From Bdellovibrionia bacterium (GTDB lineage Bacteria > Bdellovibrionota > UBA1018): 52,971 bases of DNA. The position numbers and the translations under genes were made by a program. The notes below the pieces were generated by a model that saw only the letters and a list, made by a program, of their open reading frames with translations, was not told the DNA's origin and made no database searches. The stretch covers positions 1 to 52,971 of the forward strand of contig JBMSSC010000003.1 of the NCBI GenBank assembly GCA_049424145.1, given 5' to 3'. Positions 51,058 through 52,971 of the stretch are shown here, one piece after another. Each line of letters opens with the position of its first letter. Position 1 is the first letter of the stretch.

Positions 51058-52248
51058 CTACTCGATGATCTCTGCGACCACGCCAGCGCCGACAGTCCTG
51101 CCGCCTTCACGAATTGCGAAGCGGAGTTCTTTTTCCATAGCGATTGGAGTAATCAACTCCACTTCAACAGCAATGTTATCGCCAGGCATGACCATTTCCA
51201 CGTTTTCTGGTAGCTTCACCACACCAGTCACGTCCGTAGTACGGAAGTAAAACTGAGGGCGATATCCATTGAAGAATGGAGTGTGACGTCCACCTTCTTC
51301 TTTGGTGAGGATGTAGGCTGAACCTTTAAACTTCTTGTGAGGCTTCACCGTTCCTACGTGAGCCAGAACCTGTCCGCGCTCCACTTCTTCTTTCTTCGTA
51401 CCGCGGAGGAGAGCTCCGATGTTATCGCCAGCTTCACCCTGATCCAATAACTTACGGAACATTTCAACACCGGTGACCACCGTCTTAATGGTCGGACGAA
51501 GTCCGATGATTTCAACTTCTTCACCGACCTTAATCACACCACGCTCCACACGGCCCGTCACCACGGTTCCACGACCTGAGATCGAGAAAACGTCTTCCAC
51601 AGGCATCAAGAATGGCTTGTCTTTTTCACGGGTTGGCTGAGGAACGTACGCATCGACTGCTTCCATCAACTTCAGGATAGCTGCTTCGCCGAGCTCGCCA
51701 GCATCGCCTTCCATCGCTTTTAATGCAGAACCTTTGATCACTGGGATCTTATCGCCAGGGAACTTGTAGGAGCTCAGAAGCTCGCGAACTTCCATCTCCA
51801 CTAAGTCTAATAATTCTTTATCATCGACCATGTCGCATTTATTCAAAAACACAACAATCGCAGGAACACCGACCTGACGAGCCAACAGAATGTGCTCGCG
51901 AGTCTGAGGCATAGGTCCATCAGCAGCAGAAACCACCAAGATGGCTCCGTCCATTTGAGCAGCACCGGTGATCATGTTCTTCACATAGTCGGCGTGACCA
52001 GGGCAGTCCACGTGAGCGTAGTGCCTCTTGTCAGTCTGATACTCAACGTGAGTGGTGTTAATCGTAATCCCACGCTCTTTTTCTTCAGGAGCGTTATCGA
52101 TTTGATCGTAAGCTCGAGCTTGAGCATACCCTTTTTTTGCTAAAACCGTGGTGATCGCTGCAGTGAGCGTCGTCTTTCCATGGTCCACGTGTCCAATAGT
52201 CCCAATGTTGCAATGGGGCTTATTTCTTTCAAATTTTTCTTTCGACAT
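51058..52248 (-). CDS. tuf: Elongation factor Tu
   Basis: [26 protein letters not shown]. Confidence 0.99.
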   Translation of the reverse strand: MSKEKFERNKPHCNIGTIGHVDHGKTTLTAAITTVLAKKGYAQARAYDQIDNAPEEKERGITINTTHVEYQTDKRHYAHVDCPGHADYVKNMITGAAQMDGAILVVSAADGPMPQTREHILLARQVGVPAIVVFLNKCDMVDDKELLDLVEMEVRELLSSYKFPGDKIPVIKGSALKAMEGDAGELGEAAILKLMEAVDAYVPQPTREKDKPFLMPVEDVFSISGRGTVVTGRVERGVIKVGEEVEIIGLRPTIKTVVTGVEMFRKLLDQGEAGDNIGALLRGTKKEEVERGQVLAHVGTVKPHKKFKGSAYILTKEEGGRHTPFFNGYRPQFYFRTTDVTGVVKLPENVEMVMPGDNIAVEVELITPIAMEKELRFAIREGGRTVGAGVVAEIIE

Positions 52249-52311
52249 ACCTCTTCAAGGCCTCCGCTGTTTGGTTGAGCAATCCCGGGCTCAACAACCG
52301 GTTATTAAAAC

Positions 52312-52388
52312 TGGAGCTCTTGACGGGATTTGAACCCGTGACCTCTCCCTTACCAAGGGAGTGCTCTGGCCAACTGAGCTACAAGAGC
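52312..52388 (-). tRNA. tRNA-Thr(GGT)
   Basis: GCTCTTGTAGCTCAG...CTCCCTTGGTAAGGGAG...GGTTCAAATCC...CAAGAGCTCCA. Confidence 0.96.
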
Positions 52389-52534
52389 CTACACCACCAC
52401 GATCTTTAAAAAAGAGCTGAACCCAATCCTAGGCTTAGCCTATGAGGTTTCATTCTTTTTCTCATGCTTTGACTTCAAAGCCTGCCTTCTAATGAACCTA
52501 ATCGTGCTAGAACCTAGGCGATCAGAAGAATTAT

Positions 52535-52611
52535 TGGAGCGGGAGACGGGACTCGAACCCGCGGCCCTCAGCTTGGAAGGCTGATGCTCTAGCCAACTGA
52601 GCTACTCCCGC
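52535..52611 (-). tRNA. tRNA-Gly(TCC)
   Basis: GCGGGAGTAGCTCAG...TCAGCCTTCCAAGCTGA...GGTTCGAGTCC...CTCCCGCTCCA. Confidence 0.96.
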
Positions 52612-52880
52612 GCCTTACGATTTGTTTACTTTCAGGGTTGAACTCAACCCGAACGTTTACAAATTCCAATTTGGAACTGACTCTTAGATGGTTAACCAAG
52701 AGCTTTCGGGACTTCTTTCTTTCAAGCTGGCTTAGCTTAAAATGAGAAAATTCCGTGGACTGTTGCCTTGCCCATGTTGAGAAAGCCCTAGCATGACTTA
52801 TTCATTCATCCAAGCACTGATTTCAACCTGGCCTGAATTTTTTAGTCTTTCTTAATCTTTCTCGATTGAACTTAGAAAAA

Positions 52881-52966
52881 TGGTGGAGAGAGAAGGATTC
52901 GAACCTTCGAAGGCAAAAGCCGCCAGATTTACAGTCTGGTCCCGTTGGCCACTTGGGTATCTCTCC
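52881..52966 (-). tRNA. tRNA-Tyr(GTA)
   Basis: GGAGAGATACCCAAGTGG...CCAGACTGTAAATCTGG, long variable arm, ...TCTCTCCACCA. Confidence 0.96.
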
Positions 52967-52971
52967 AACGA

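Noticed and set aside
1-52971. CRISPR arrays, IS elements, prophage genes or CBASS-type defence genes
   Set aside because: No regularly spaced repeats, transposases or phage genes seen; the cyclase is GGDEF-type, not a CD-NTase

Overview
A ~53 kb, ~50% GC chromosomal core region, most likely from a Bdellovibrionota/Oligoflexia-type or related deltaproteobacterial predator-like bacterium (inferred from gene content). Left to right: an isc Fe-S operon (Rrf2/iscR-iscS-iscU-iscA-hscB-hscA, truncated at the window edge) with two candidate 25-bp operators; an RRM protein; a kdsB-pyrG-kdsA-kdsC-proB-proA-proC-psd run; a three-gene signalling operon facing a membrane protein plus bactofilin pair; an M16B peptidase pair; a PhnP-like MBL hydrolase and ald; an orphan fliL; an outer-membrane beta-barrel; a class A PBP; a TolC-RND-RND efflux operon with no adaptor gene; a flavin amine oxidase; and the tRNA(Tyr,Gly,Thr)-tuf-rpmG-tRNA(Trp)-secE-nusG-rplKAJL-rpoBC-tRNA(Val) cluster. 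The best lead is the signalling operon at 12664-16891. Its GGDEF enzyme carries the Asp-to-Ser Hypr signature of 3',3'-cGAMP synthases. It sits between a FrzS-like pseudo-receiver/coiled-coil protein and a translationally coupled calcineurin-like metallophosphoesterase, which could be an undescribed type of cGAMP-degrading enzyme. rpoB is broken by one missing base near 44339, probably a sequence error. I saw no mobile elements or CRISPR arrays.
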